Shown here piece after piece: positions 11,930 to 36,277 of a stretch of DNA of 64,000 nucleotides; the stretch's first letter is position 1; every line of letters begins with the position of its first letter. The translations under genes and the position numbers were made by a program. Source of the DNA: Macrostomum lignano (Eukaryota); contig NIVC01002392.1 in assembly GCA_002269645.1 (NCBI GenBank), forward strand, positions 114,628 to 178,627, written 5' to 3'. The notes beneath the pieces were generated by a model that saw only the letters and a program-made list of their open reading frames with translations, did no database searches and had not been told where the DNA came from.

Positions 11930-12980
11930 ATCAATCTGAAGTCATTCAAAGTCAACCTGAAAAAACTCAAAGTTCATATGAAGTCAATCTGAAGTCAAGC
12001 TGAAGTCAATCTGAAGTCAAGCTGAAGTCAATGTGAAGCCAATCTGAAACAACTCAAAGTTTAAATCTGAAGCTAATTTGAAACAACTCAAATTCATCTG
12101 AAGTCAATCAGAAGTAAATTTGAAGTCAACCTGAAGTCAAGCTGAAGTCAGTTGGAAGCAAATTGGTTAATCTGAAGTCAGTCTAATTCAACCTGAAGTC
12201 AAGCTGAAGTCAATCTAAAGTCAAGCTGAAGTCAATCTAAAGTCAAGCTAAAGTCAGTTAGAAGTTAAGTTGAAGTCAAGCTGAAGTCAAGCTGAAGTCA
12301 ATCTGAAGTCAATCTGAAGTCAGTTTAAAGTTAAGTTGAAGTCATGCTAAAGTCAGTTTAGAAGTTAAGTTGAAGTCAAGCTGAAGTCAATCTGAAGTCA
12401 AGCTGAAGTCAGTTTAAAGTTAAGTTGAAGTCATGCTAAAGTCAGTTTAGAAGTTAAGTTGAAGTCAAGCTGAAGTCAAGCTGAAGTCAAGCTGAAGTCA
12501 GTTTAAAGTTAAGTTGAAGTCAAGCTGAAGTCAAGCTCAAAACAGTCTAAATTCAATCTAAAGTCAATCTGAAGTCGAGTTGAAGTCAAGCTGAAGTCAA
12601 GCTGAAGTCAAGCTGAAGTCAAGCTGAAGTCAAGCTGAAGTCAAGCTGCAGTCAAGCTGCAGTCAAGCTGAAGTCAAGCTGAAGTCAAGCTGAAGTCAAG
12701 CTGAAGTCAAGCTGAAGTCAAGCTGAAGTCAAGCTGAAGTCAAGCTGAAGTCAAGCTGCAGTCAAGCTGAAGTCAAGCTGAAGTCAAGCTGAAGTCAAGC
12801 TGCAGTCAAGCTGAAGTCAAGCTGCAGTCAAGCTGAAGTCAAGCTGAAGTCAAGCTGCAGTCAAGCTGAAGTCAAGCTGCAGTCAAGCTGAAGTCAAGCT
12901 GAAGTCAAGCTGAAGTCAAGCTGAAGTCAAGCTGAAGTCAAGCTGAAGTCAAGCTGAAGTCAAGCTGAAGTCAATCTGAA
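11930..12980. repeat. 11-bp tandem repeat (AGCTGAAGTCA)n
   Basis: Degenerate on the left, nearly perfect from about 12590. Confidence 0.95.
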
Positions 12981-13427
12981 GCAGATCAAAGACGCCTCTT
13001 TTGTCTTCAGAGAAACCTCAGAGCCAAGATGCAGCGAATTACGAAGTCGAATTTCCTTGAACGGCCACTCCAGGGGCCTCAGCCAAAATATTCCTCATAG
13101 ATGGCCGGAGCTGCTGGTCCGCCTCCCATGATTAGCTGGGGATTTTCAAAAGCAGCAGCGGCAGGAAATCCCTGTTTCCCCTTTATTTCTTGATTAAAGA
13201 GAATGGGGAGTCCGGTTTCCAGGAAATCGCCAAGAGAAGCGAGTCCTGACCGCTTCATCTCCTGGGTACTGAAAGGAGATTAGCTGAGCGGGCCAATGGG
13301 ATTTCTGTGACTTCCTGCTTTGGCCCTCCATCAACTACTGAGAATTTTTTTTGAATCTGATTGCTGAATAAAGTGCATAGCAACTACCACTCGCTTTCGA
13401 TAATCTGAGGGCACGATCGGACAATGT

Positions 13428-13565
13428 TGATGCCATAGACACAGATGCCATAGACACAGATGCCATAGACACAGATGCCATAGACACAGATGCCATAGAC
13501 ACAGATGCCATAGACACAGATGCCATAGACACAGATGCCATAGACACAGAGATGCCATAGACAGA
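13428..13565. repeat. 15-bp tandem repeat (GATGCCATAGACACA)n
   Basis: About 9 copies read directly. Confidence 0.95.
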
Positions 13566-14037
13566 TTTTTGTATTACAAAACTGACAGCTCGCTAAGGCA
13601 ATCTGCATTGGCATCTTGGATTGTAATCTGCGATGAAAAAATGTTAATTGCAGTTTTGTAAAATTTTCCAAACCCTTGCCCAGAAACTGCGGGGCTTTTA
13701 CCATACCTTAATTCCGACAATCGGCCCCAACCTCTACCCCCTGTCGACGCCTGCGGCACAGCAAATATACAAACCCGACTGTTCTGTAGCTGATAGCCAC
13801 ACTTGATTGAAGGCGAGGTTTCGCAAGTTCTGCCCCCCACCCCCACATTTCATCCGCCCTGCTTTCAATGCATTCTAATTCATATTATTGAATCCGGCAG
13901 GTTGAACCAGAAGTGCAGGAAAGCAGATTCCTGCCAGCTAGTTATATTGATAGAGGCAACAGGGCAAATTCTCTTCCACCGAACATCTTCAACCTTTTTT
14001 GACTGTCAGAGCATTGTTTTTGGTACCTTCGAACCGC

Positions 14038-14230
14038 TGTTATTTAATTTGTGCCATTGACAGCCAATGTTGTTAATTTGGTGCCATTGACAGCCAATGT
14101 TGTTAATTTGGTGCCATTGACAGCCAATTTTGTTAATTTGGTGCCATTGACAGCCAATTTTGTTAATTTGGTGCCATTGACAGCCAATTTTGTTAATTTG
14201 GTGCCATTGACAGCCAATTTTGTTAATTTA
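14038..14230. repeat. 30-bp tandem repeat
   Basis: GTGCCATTGACAGCCAAT(G/T)TTGTTAATTTG, about 6 copies. Confidence 0.95.
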
Positions 14231-14758
14231 AGTGAGAACTTCAGCTTAAGAACTCACCCTTTGTACAGAATTGAGTTGCCCGATTAGAAGCGTTACAATT
14301 TGAAGACAGATTTTTCTAACCAATGTGCTTTCCTATGGTATTTGCTGTTTGCTTTTGCCGAGCGGACAGGCTGCCTGACTGGCTGAGGACCTAACGAGTA
14401 AAAGATGCAAATCTAAGAATCAGAAAGAGCGCCCCCGAAGATCAAGAAGAATGCTTTTAGCTGCGCACCAGCGTGTAGGGGATGAAATTCGGGCACTGAC
14501 CGCCCCGAGGGGATTTTCAGATAGGGAGAATACAAAAAGGACACAGTGACATTTTTAACCACTTCCTTTTCACAAGGCGCTGACTTTCCCTAGGGTGGGC
14601 GGATAAGCCGCAGTTCTTGTCTGCCTGTTGGGGCTAATTAGGGCTCCAGGCGTTCCGGCCAGAAGTGAAACTTAGCTTTCTAGCTTCAGTAGGGTGTTAG
14701 CGTCTCACTCACTGCATCTCACCAACTACATATATTGTACTGCTACCCTACTGGCCAG

Positions 14759-15245
<487 letters not shown>

Positions 15246-16639
15246 ATGTACTGATAATGCCAATTTCAGGACACTTTGGGAAACGTTTCTATGGAATGAA
15301 ACGGTGGTTCTCATCCGAAATATTTCTTGAAGAAGCCACTTGTACTCGTAGTTCCCCGAATGCAAGGTGTTCCACCCAACTGCGCCGCAGTTTCCTGTGC
15401 CGTACGTTATATGAAGCATTTAATCACAAAGCAATCCCGAAGCAGATTTTCGGTTTTCATGTTATGCCCCTGGGCTAAAGCCAATAAATCGTAGGTTCTG
15501 CGACCTTGAAATGTAAAAAATACGATTAGTTCAGAGTTTTACAGCTAAAAAAGCCGTAGTGAATGAATGTCACAATCGAAAGTAGACATCATGCAGTACA
15601 CAGAGGTGTATGGGGGCACTTGCACTAGAATTTGCTATTCACCCATCTGAATGTCAGCATTTCTGTAGCGATTTCGGGTCAGAGAGAGCCGATAAATTCA
15701 AGTGCACGCAACTGCCGATCTGCAGTCCAAGTCGAGCCCTGCACGGAGGTCACGACCCCGTGTCTATCGCATCGCATTGGCCGAAGTCAATTCGGTGTCA
15801 ATTCTTATCCAAACATCCCAATTGAAACCCATCGTTTTGGCCACCAACCCTGCATCCCCAGCCATAGCAGTCTGCATGATTCCGGGAACCAGATGGGAAA
15901 TCAGATTCTGAAAAAAGCACATATGGACGGATGTCGCTCCCCCTGCAGCACATCGCTGCAATCAACTGTAGATATGTATTATATCTGTAGCTGAAAGCCA
16001 GCTGCATGCGTGATACATGTACGAGAAATGACGTGTACTATACTGGCACCTGTGTTTGCTGTTTGTGATGGAGGTTTATAAAGCGGTTTAGTGCACATTG
16101 AGAATATTCGATATAGACTGGCCGAGAATGGCCGAGATACGCTGCAGTAGCTAGGCGACATCTGGCGGCCGAGTACATGTAGCTTTCGTGCGTGTCGTAC
16201 ACGAACAGATGGCGAGCTGCAGTAGAGCAGGACTTGCATCATAAATTCTTTAACAGTATAGTTGACGAGCTAAAAGTACATGTATTTAGATTTATTTTAA
16301 TGCTACATGTAATGAATTGAATGAGTTCAATAACCTGGACAGCACGGGGGCCTGAAATTATCTGATTGAAACTACATGGACATGTATACTTTGAAATGTT
16401 CTAGACATAATTTATGGCCCTGCATGATATGGATACGCGTGATGACTTGAATGTAGATATTTTATGCTAATGTATTTAGGCAAGGCCGCATATTCAAATT
16501 TAAGCGCATAAATATGCACTCACAATTCCAAAATATATAATTTCGATTGTGTATGTGCTTTGTGCAGCGGCTCAGCTGCCATACTCTGACAACTTTTGTT
16601 CCCATATACAATACTAGGATTAAAAAGCCATGTACATGT

Positions 16640-17130
16640 AAGTGTATGTTTGTATGAATTCGTTTATCGTGACTAATCATCGAGTGATGGATTCCCGGAA
16701 TCTTCAGCAAATACCTAAGAGCAGCCCTGAAAGTCTTCTCAAAAGCGCTAAATTCAACATTGCCGATGATATCCAATCCTCGTAAATTTTTCAAGTACCG
16801 GTGGATTCCTGCGCGCATAACCAGAGAACTGCAACTGTACGCGGTTCCATCATCCTTTTTAACCACAGAAAAGTACAGGCGCAGATACTGTCATGAATAT
16901 CGAGTCGGTGTCGTCTCAAGTTGTGATGGCAGTCCTCGATCTTCAAGAAACTTTCGGAAAGAGCAGCGTACGTAGCTGTTGCCTTCTCAGTAGACCAGAC
17001 TTTGCCCATGTCCTCCATCTTGGCAATTTCATTCAGGTCTTGGTCAGTCATAGCCGGACATGTGGATACTTCAGCCAAAAATGTATTAATCATTTCCTTC
17101 TCAAGTACTGGCAGTCCCGTGAACTGAGAA
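16640..17130 (-). mobile_element. Crypton-like (DUF3504/tyrosine-recombinase-associated) fragment, frameshifted
   Basis: Two overlapping minus ORFs give MTDQDLNEIAK...STEKATATYAALSESF and VKKDDGTAYSCSSLVMRAGIHRYLKNLRGLDIIGNVEFSAFEKTFRAALRYL. This matches the Crypton/ZMYM-type core-binding motif (KKDG..Y...SL...RAG..RYL...DI....F). No catalytic Tyr domain recognised. Confidence 0.65.
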
Positions 17131-19597
17131 ACAGCTTCTTCTTCCTCGCACCGTCCAACACTAAGCATGGTCACGAATTGAAGTCGTCCGATGAGAGACC
17201 AGAAATTTATTTCTCTGCAATTCCTTAGCATGGTCGATTTTGAATATGACGGCAGCAGTCTCACTTGTTTCTCTCGTTTTTAGCTTCTCTTCGCTTCTTT
17301 ATTCTTTCTCTTAATTGAACTGATAGTTATATGGTTGAAATGTGGGGGCATCGCCCCCACACACCCCCATGCCCATATTCATCAATGCAGCTCATGCGCT
17401 CGTATAACTCAGTTACATAGTCTATGGTACAATCACCGAAGGCGCCTCTGGCTTTCCCATTATCGCCCAAAGCCTGGGTAATAATATACTATTATACGAG
17501 GCGTACATGTGAAGTGCCAAATTAATGAATGAGCATTTAAAAGAACAGCCTAAATCGCAGCCAGAATTATTGTCAAGTCATCTATAGTAATTCCTTAGGC
17601 TGGCTGTATATATCAGACTTTAAATTAAAGTGTCTAATTAGAGACTGCGTGTACATGTACATATACATGTGTAGCATGTTCCACACGTAGAACTTTTCTG
17701 GATAAACACAGAGGTCATGATAAACAATTCAGAGCGTAATCACCAGTGGAAAAACGTTATTCTTAACGCAAATAATTCGCACTGTGTGATTCCAAATAGC
17801 TTGTGCATCAAGTCAAGTTGTTTACAAGTAGCGAAGCCGAAGCCTGTCATCCAGTACAACTTTTTACGGCGCAAAGATATTTAAACAAATTAATTTGTGC
17901 AAAATAAAGGCTTAACGTTAACTTGAATAAATATGCCACACACTGTAATTTATCTATTAGGAATTTTTCAGGTATATGATGAAATTGCCCCTGTGTTGTA
18001 GCGGTAAAAGCTTGGTCCCATCTGTTTATTATCGATGAAGATACAACATTTTTCTGGACCTGTGGTACTTTCTGAATACATTCTCCAAAAATCAATTGAC
18101 AATATTATGTTATGCTTATCCTTGTGTACTTTGTAACTTTTCCGTTCAGTTGAGAAGTTAAGCAGACCATGTGATGCTTTTAGCATTTTTTCGGGACAGA
18201 GCAGTTAAAATTGTTTCACCTTAATATCCGAATTCCCAATTGTCTTGAATTTCTACAAGGTCCAGCAACTCCTGCCTCTGTCTGCTTCCTAAAACTCAAT
18301 TGTTTGGATTGGGAAATTAATTCAAGCTTCAATGTATTTTTGAAATCTGTTTTCGACTTTTCATCCAAGTTTTTTTACTACGAATTCTGCCATTTGAAAT
18401 TGAATTTCAGTTAAATTTATATGGTAAGCTTTGCCTGTCTAGTCTTTAAATTAGAAAAAATTTTAGTTTTGTAGTCTTGAATGAGTTAATAGAAATAAAT
18501 GTTTAAATTTTTTTCTCCTTTATAGTCATATTGTATTAAGTGCTTTATTTTGACATTTTTGCATTCAAGAAGCATTTTATAAAACAAAAATGTGCACATG
18601 CATTAAAATAGAAATAATGCGTTTTCTGCCTCTGAGAAAAGCAAGGCTGCTATTAGTGTAAAAATCTATCTAGTTACATTATGTTTAATTCAACTTGCGA
18701 AGGAAAAAATATAGTTTAAATGCCTTATAAGATTTTTAGGATTTTAATGATACTTTAGGTCAACATTAGGACACTGCAATTTAGACATAAGATTGATAGG
18801 CTCCCGAGATAAATTATGATTTTATAATTAACAATAAACTTCCCATATAACAGTATTTTATTATAGTAAATATACTTTTTCGTACTAATTTTTATGGTAA
18901 CAAATCGGAAAATTGGTTGAGCCATTTTTCCATGAATCAATTAGATACTCGTACGAGCTAGCAGTGTACAACGTCTCATTTGATTTTGGTAAAGTTTTAG
19001 TCAGTCCCTGGCACGTGACACTGGTAGTTTAAATTACAAACCATAAACTAGCCTGTGCCCTGCGAAACAATGAGGACTGCGAGTCCAAAGGTCCCTTACG
19101 AGAATAGAGCCTGTGTAAAGTGACATTGGGGGGGGGGTAGAAAGTGAAGTTCACTTCCGGTTTAAATGTAGTTGAAAATTTTATAGTGTTTTCCGTGATT
19201 AACTTGAACAGGGAATCTCGGATTCGGATAAAACAATAACAATAATAACACAGCAGTAGTAGTATATATAGTAGTATAAGCTGCTTTTTTTCTTTCTCTA
19301 ATCATTGACTATTAAGCTCTAGCACTCTTTATTTACCAAACTGGTTGCAAGACTACATTGAACATGTATAGAAGCAGTAATAAATTATTCTATTTATTTG
19401 TCTATGAATTAATAACAAAGAGAGTTTGTTTTAAAAATCACTCTTTTTTGTCCTTCACAGTCGTGTGTAGCGATTGAAACATTTTTATATACTTTTAACT
19501 ACTCGTATTTTGAAATGAAGTGATCGAATCCCCTTTATTTGGAAATTCACTCTCTCTATAGCACATAGCTCGTAACAAACTATTGTCCTTAAAACCG

Positions 19598-20365
19598 TTC
19601 CCTGAAACCCGCCCCTCCCTGAAACCTGTCCCTCCCTGAAAACCGTCCCTCCCTGAAACCCCCCTCCCTGACACCCGTCCCTCCCTGAAACCCCCCTCCC
19701 TGACACCCGTCCCTCCCTGAAACCCGTCCCTCCCTGAAACCCGTCCCTCCCTGACACCCGTCCCTCCCTGAAACCCGTCCCTCCCTGAAATCCCCCTCCC
19801 TGAAAACCGTCCCTACCTGAAACCCCCCTCCCTAAAACCCGTCCCTCCCTGAAACCCCCCTCCCGGACACCCGTCCCTCCCTGAAACCCCCTCCTGACAC
19901 CCGTCCCTCCCTGAAACCCGTCCCTCCCTGAAACCCGTCCCTCCCTGACACCCGTCCCTCCCTGAAACCCGTCCCTCCCTGAAATCCCCCTCCCTAAAAC
20001 CCGTCCCTCCCTGAAACCCCCTCCCTATTACCCGTCCCTCCCTGAAACCCCCCTCCCTAAAACCCGTCCCTCCCTGAAACCGCCCTCCCTAAAACCCGTC
20101 CCTCCCTGACACCCGTTCCTCCCTGAAACCCGTCCCTCCCTGACACCCGTCCCTCCCTGAAACCCGTCCCTCCCTGACACCCGTCCCTCCCTGAAACCCG
20201 TCCCTCCCTGAAACCCCCCTCCCTAAAACCCGTCCCTCCCTGAAACCCCCCCTCCCTAAAACCCGTCCCTCCCTGAAACCCCCTCTCTAAAACCCGCCCC
20301 TCCCTGAAACCCCCCTCCCTGAAACCCGCCCCTCCCTGAAACCCGCCCCTCCCTGAAACCCGCTC
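19598..20365. repeat. About 17-bp C-rich minisatellite (CCCTGAAACCCGTCCCT)n
   Basis: Direct reading. Confidence 0.95.
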
Positions 20366-21617
20366 TCCCTTGAGGCCAGCCTCCATCAATCCGCCCCCAT
20401 CAGTCTGCAAATGAAAGCCTGCAGCCTCGCGCGCTAATTGCAGTGAAAAATTTCCCCACCGCAGTCTCCCCAGCTTTCAAGCCAGTCCCGCCAGTCACGC
20501 ACGCTCAGAATAGAAAAGAAAGTTGGCTTCCGGGCAATGCGCCCACCCCAAATGTGACACAGCCTGCTGGCACATCCATCCATAAGAGAAGAGAGGCAGG
20601 GCACGGCTGGCGAGATGAAAATGAGAGTTTTTTAAAGCGAGGCTGACAGACAAAGTCACTCCGCGCAGCCAGGATTTTCTACTACGCTTTTTTTTCCATC
20701 CTCATTGCGTCCATCCGGCCGCCTCCGCGGACTTTCGCAGTCCAATAAATGGCGGCCCCTCGGCCCCAATTGGACAGCAGCGAAGCGAGAGACACTACAA
20801 TAGGAGAGGAGGGTGAGGGAAGCCAGGGAGAAAAGCCGGAGAGACACACCTAGCAGGGTTTGGAGCATTCGTTGCTGGTCGAGATTTTTGCTTGAGCACA
20901 GATTTTTTTTGCCTTCGCGAGCAACAGCAGAGCCATGTGGTTGTCTGGCGGCGGACCGCCTGGGCCGGCGGCGCAACGGAAGCCCAGGTGAAACAAAATT
21001 ATATTTTTGCCTATTGTGCGCACCTCGCGTTGCTATGGAGAAATCACGGCGTCGAGTTCGAGGCTTTTTTTGCGGCCCCTCCCAATTGTTTTGCTGTGAG
21101 CTGCCAGGGGAAATCGGTTCCTGTTTTTCTTTGGCAGCATTTCTCCACGCAACCAGCTGCCAAGCAAGCCGCGATGAGGCTGAAAATCGATAGGAGCAGC
21201 GCTGAGGCGGCCAGGGGGGGGGGGTCGGCAGGTTTGAGAAGAAACCTTGGGACTTTGCGCGAACGGGCTGGCAAATGTTTGCCGAGCGGCCCTGCCCCCG
21301 CGGTTGCCATGGACGCTACTGGAAAATCCCCCCTTTCAGCCTGCTGCCGCATCGGCTGCACCAACTTGGCCTGTCTCTCCATTTCTTTGGCTTCCAAGAC
21401 TCTCGCTTAGCATTGCTTTTAGCGTCCGTTCAGCCAAGTGAAAAGCTTTTGTCTTCTGCTTTCAGCTCTTTCTTTCCCAGGACTAGTGCACTTTTAAGAA
21501 TTTGAAGATCCCATTGAAACATTTTCTTTAGAAATTTAACAAGTACCAAGGAACATTTTTGGCAAGATAGCTTTGAGTGACATCCGAATGATTTCTGACA
21601 GCCCAAACTGGCATGCT

Positions 21618-24112
21618 TTGACACCCGAAACTGACTCCCTCTGACACCCGAAACTGACTCCCTCTGACACCCGAAACTGACTTCCTCTGTCTCCCGAAAC
21701 TGACTCCCTCTGTCTCCCGAAACTGACTCCCTCTGACACCCGAAACTGACTCCCTCTGTCTCCCGAAACTGACTCCCTCTGTCTCCCGAAACTGACTCCC
21801 TCTGACACCCGAAACTGACTCCCTCTGAGACACCCGAAACTGACTCCCTCTGTCTCCCGAAACTGACTCCCTCTGTCTCCCGAAACTGACTCCCTCTGAC
21901 ACCCGAAACTGACTCCCTCTGTCTCCCGAAACTGACTCCCTCTGAGACACCCGAAACTGACTCCCTCTGTCTCCCGAAACTGACTCCCTCTGAGACACCC
22001 GAAACTGACTCCCTCTGTCTCCCGAAACTGACTCCCTCTGAGACACCCGAAACTGACTCCCTCTGTCTCCCGAAACTGACTCCCTCTGTCTCCCGAAACT
22101 GACTCCCTCTGAGACACCCGAAACTGACTCCCTCTGTCTCCCGAAACTGACTCCCTCTGAGACACCCGAAACTGACTCCCTCTGTCTCCCGAAACTGACT
22201 CCCTCTGTCTCCCGAAACTGACTCCCTCTGAGACACCCGAAACTGACTCCCTCTGTCTCCCGAAACTGACTCCCTCTGTCTCCCGAAACTGACTCCCTCT
22301 GTCTCCCGAAACTGACTCCCTCTGACACCCGGAACTGACCCCCTCTGACGCCCGGAACTGACTTCCTCTGTCTCCCGAAACTGACTCCCTCTGAGACACC
22401 CGAAACTGACTCCCTCTGTCTCCCGAAACTGACTCCCTCTGTCTCCCGAAACTGACTCCCTCTGACACCCGAAACTGACTCCCTCTGACACCCGGAACTG
22501 ACTCCCTCTGACACCGAAACTGACTCCCTCTGACACCCGAAACTGACTCCCTCTGACACCCGGAACTGACTCCCTCTGACACCCGGAACTGACTCCCTCT
22601 GACACCCGAAACTGACTCCCTCTGACACCCGAAACTGACTCCCTCTGACACCCGGAACTGACTCCCTCTGACACCTGAAACTGACTCCAACTGACACCCG
22701 AAACTGACTCCATCTGACACCCGGAACTGACTCCCTCTGACACCGAAACTGACTCCCTCTGACACCCGGAACTGACACCCGAAACTGACTCCCTCTGACA
22801 CCCGGAACTGACTCCCTCTGACACCCGAAACTGACTCCCTCTGACACCCGGAACTGACTCCCTCTGACACCCGAAACTGACTCCCTCTGACACCCGGAAC
22901 TGACTCCCTCTGACACCCGGAACTGACTCCCTCTGTCTCCCGAAACTGACTCCCTCTGACACCGAAACTGACTCCCTCTGACACCCGGAACTGACTCCCT
23001 CTGACACCCGGAACTGACTCCCTCTGACACCCGAAACTGACTCCCTCTGACACCCGAAACTGACACCCGAAACTGACTCCCTCTGACACCCGGAACTGAC
23101 TCCCTCTGACACCCGGAACTGACACCCGAAACTGACTCCCTCTGACACCCGAAACTGACTCCCTCTGACACCCGGAACTGACTCCCTCTGACACCCGGAA
23201 CTGACACCCGAAACTGACTCCCTCTGACACCTGGAACTGACTCCCTCTGACACCCGGAACTGACTCCCTCTGACACCTGGAACTGACTCCCTCTGACACC
23301 TGGAACTGACTCCCTCTGACACCCGGAACTGACTCCCTCTGACACCCGAAACTGACTCCCTCTGACACCCGGAACTGACTCCCTCTGACACCCGGAACTG
23401 ACTCCCCCTGACACCCGAAACTGACTCCCTCTGACACCCGGAACTGACTCCCCCTGACACCCGAAACTGACTCCCTCTGACACCCGGAACTGACTCCCCC
23501 TGACACCCGAAACTGACTCCCTCTGACACCCGAAACTGACTCCCTCTGACACCCGAAACTGACTCCCTCTGACACCCGGAACTGACACCCGAAACTGACT
23601 CCCTCTGACACCCGGAACTGACTCCCTCTGACACCGGAAACTGATTCCCTCTGATACCCGAAACTGACTCCCTCTGACACCGGAAACTGACTCCCTCTGA
23701 CACCCGAAACTGACTCCCTCTGATACCCGAAACTGACTCCCTCTGACACCGGAAACTGACTCCCTCTGACACCCGAAACTGACTCCCTCTGACACCCGGA
23801 ACTGACTCGCTCTGACACCCGGAACTGACTCCCTCTGACACCCGAAACTGACTCCCTCTGACACCCGGAACTGACACCCGAAACTGACTCCCTCTGACAC
23901 CCGGAACTGACTCCCTCTGACACCGGAAACTGATTCCCTCTGATACCCGAAACTGACTCCCTCTGACACCGGAAACTGACTCCCTCTGACACCCGAAACT
24001 GACTCCCTCTGACACCCGGAACTGACTCCCTCTGACACCGGAAACTGACTCCCTCTGACACCCGAAACTGACTCCCTCTGACACCCGGAACTGACTCCCT
24101 CTGACACCGGAA
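21618..24112. repeat. About 23-bp minisatellite, about 2.5 kb
   Basis: Unit GACACCCGAAACTGACTCCCTCT and variants. Its minus strand has no stops in any frame, which explains the 841-987 aa ORFs. Confidence 0.97.
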
Positions 24113-24516
24113 ACCAGCTGTCTCTGGCGCCCTAAATCCCGCATTCCATCTGCTAGTTGCCGTATCTGTTTTTTGGCCTGTCTCGAAGCGCCTCGCGGGC
24201 TAAAAATAGCTACTGCCCAACTACTGTTGAGCGCACCGCAACTAATGAGCCAAGCCTGAGCACCGAGACCGACTGCGAGACAACACAAAAATCCACCCAC
24301 GCCCACGGGTTTGCGCGACTCCCCCTGCCCCGCAGTTTTTTTTGCGGTTCCTCCCTGCCTTTTTCGGCAGTAATTATGAAAATTGCTTTGCATATTTTTG
24401 TTTTATTTCTTTTCTGGCCTTGTAACCAGGGGCAACCGAGTTAAATTTTCTATTTCTGACTGAGTGAATCAACAATTTTAAAAAGTCCCGTGAGCTCCTA
24501 ATTTCGCGTCGCCTGA

Positions 24517-34600
<10,084 letters not shown>

Positions 34601-35444
34601 TCTGAAGGAGACGCGAGCCCTGTGAAGATGGCCAATCAAATCTGAAATTATCAATTCGTCTTTTCATTAACCGCCTTGACGAAGTGCAATTCCAAACCTA
34701 TTGATAGGGACCTTTGAAATAATTTAATTGAGAAGAAAATTTGACTGGCAGCTTCGGTGATTTGCGGGAATTTTTCAATCAGAAATTTTCAACCTTCTCC
34801 GTCCGAATTCGGCTAAGACAATCAAATGCACAGATTTTTTAGAAAATTTCAATTTTCCCTCTCCTTTTCTGAGAAACCGAACTCGATAAGTCCCAGCATA
34901 ATAAAGCTGCAATATTACCCATTGGTTTCATGTCGTCCCCAGTTACCTCTCCAGCCTCCTTTCAGCTGCGCCCTATTCTCAGGAAGCTTCCGATGCTGAA
35001 ATTCTTTTTATTTTTAACCCAATGAGCATTACTTGCTACTTTTAGTAGAGCAGTTGCAGAAAAATTGTTTCTCTTTTTGAAAACTGTTACAGACAAAGAG
35101 CAGTTCCTTGTTGAAGGCACAGTTGGAGCATGATGATTTTCTTTTTTTATTCGCTCAGATTTAATTAATCCATGCTGGTCCAGATGGCTCTCTGTTCTCT
35201 TCGTTGAGTTAAGCAAATATAATCACAAGCCTGACTTGCAATATCGCCTTTAAGCAGGGCGCCACATTCCTGCTCATTACGCTGCCCTTTTCTCTAATCA
35301 ATGCGAGTGCGAAATTTCAATGTTTTTCATAGAATTTCTGTTTTATGTATCAGTTGATAGGAGAGACGCTTCACAGGACACGCCTTAAGGCTGCAACCCT
35401 CAACCCAGCAACCCTCCACTTCAGCACCCATACACCCCAATACC

Positions 35445-35846
35445 ACTCCACCCAGCACCCCTCCACCCCAGCACCCCTCCACCCCAGCACCACTCCACCC
35501 CAGCACCCCTCCACCCCAACACCCCTCCACCCCAGCACCCCTCCACCCCAGCACCCCTCCACCCCAGCACCCCTCCACCCCAGCACCCCTCCACCCCAGC
35601 ACCCCTCCACCCCAGCACCCCTCCATCCCAGCACCCCTCCACCCCAGCACCCCTCCACCCCAACACTCCTCCACCCCAGCACCCCTCCACCCCAGCACCC
35701 CTCCACCCCAGCACCCCTCCACCCCAGCACCCCTCCACCCCAGCACCCCTCTACCCCAGCACCCCTCCACCCCAGCACCCCTCCACCCCAGCACCCCTCC
35801 ACCCCAGCACCCCTCCATCCCAGCACCCCTCCACCCCAGCACCCCT
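35445..35846. repeat. 17-bp minisatellite (CCCCAGCACCCCTCCAC)n
   Basis: Direct reading. Confidence 0.95.
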
Positions 35847-36277
35847 ATGCTGCCTCTCCAACCCTCAACTCATCTTCGCCAACAGATTCGTACGAGTACA
35901 TCGCGGCTTTACTACACCTTCTGCTGTCCTCCTAATCCGAATCTGTTCAATCAGAGATTTTTCTCTATAATTTCCTCGCAATGCGGAGCACATGAGAGCA
36001 GATAGCGGAAGTGATGAAGCCCGCCTGTCCCTGTCGGTTGCAGCTTTGCATCTGAATTTCCTGAGTACGTGGGTAGAAAAGCTTTGAAGAATAGGAAACT
36101 AATCTTTGTTTATAATTAAGGCTTCTTTTTTTGCGCTGCTTTGTTTGTGCAGCCATTTTTACGTAGTTTAGACAGCGGTCGGGCGCACAGAACTGACAAA
36201 TTGAGTAAATCAAGCATATATGCATTCATAATCTGCAATTTCTGAAATGATCTACTGACCTAAAATTAATAACCCAG

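Noticed and set aside
19251-19280. AGTAGTAGTATATA as a second Polinton terminus
   Set aside because: Only 11 nt match the 57945 start. The following sequence differs and no viral ORFs are nearby.
21430-24393. 841-987-aa ORFs in all three minus frames
   Set aside because: They are translations of a stop-free 23-bp minisatellite, with no domain content.
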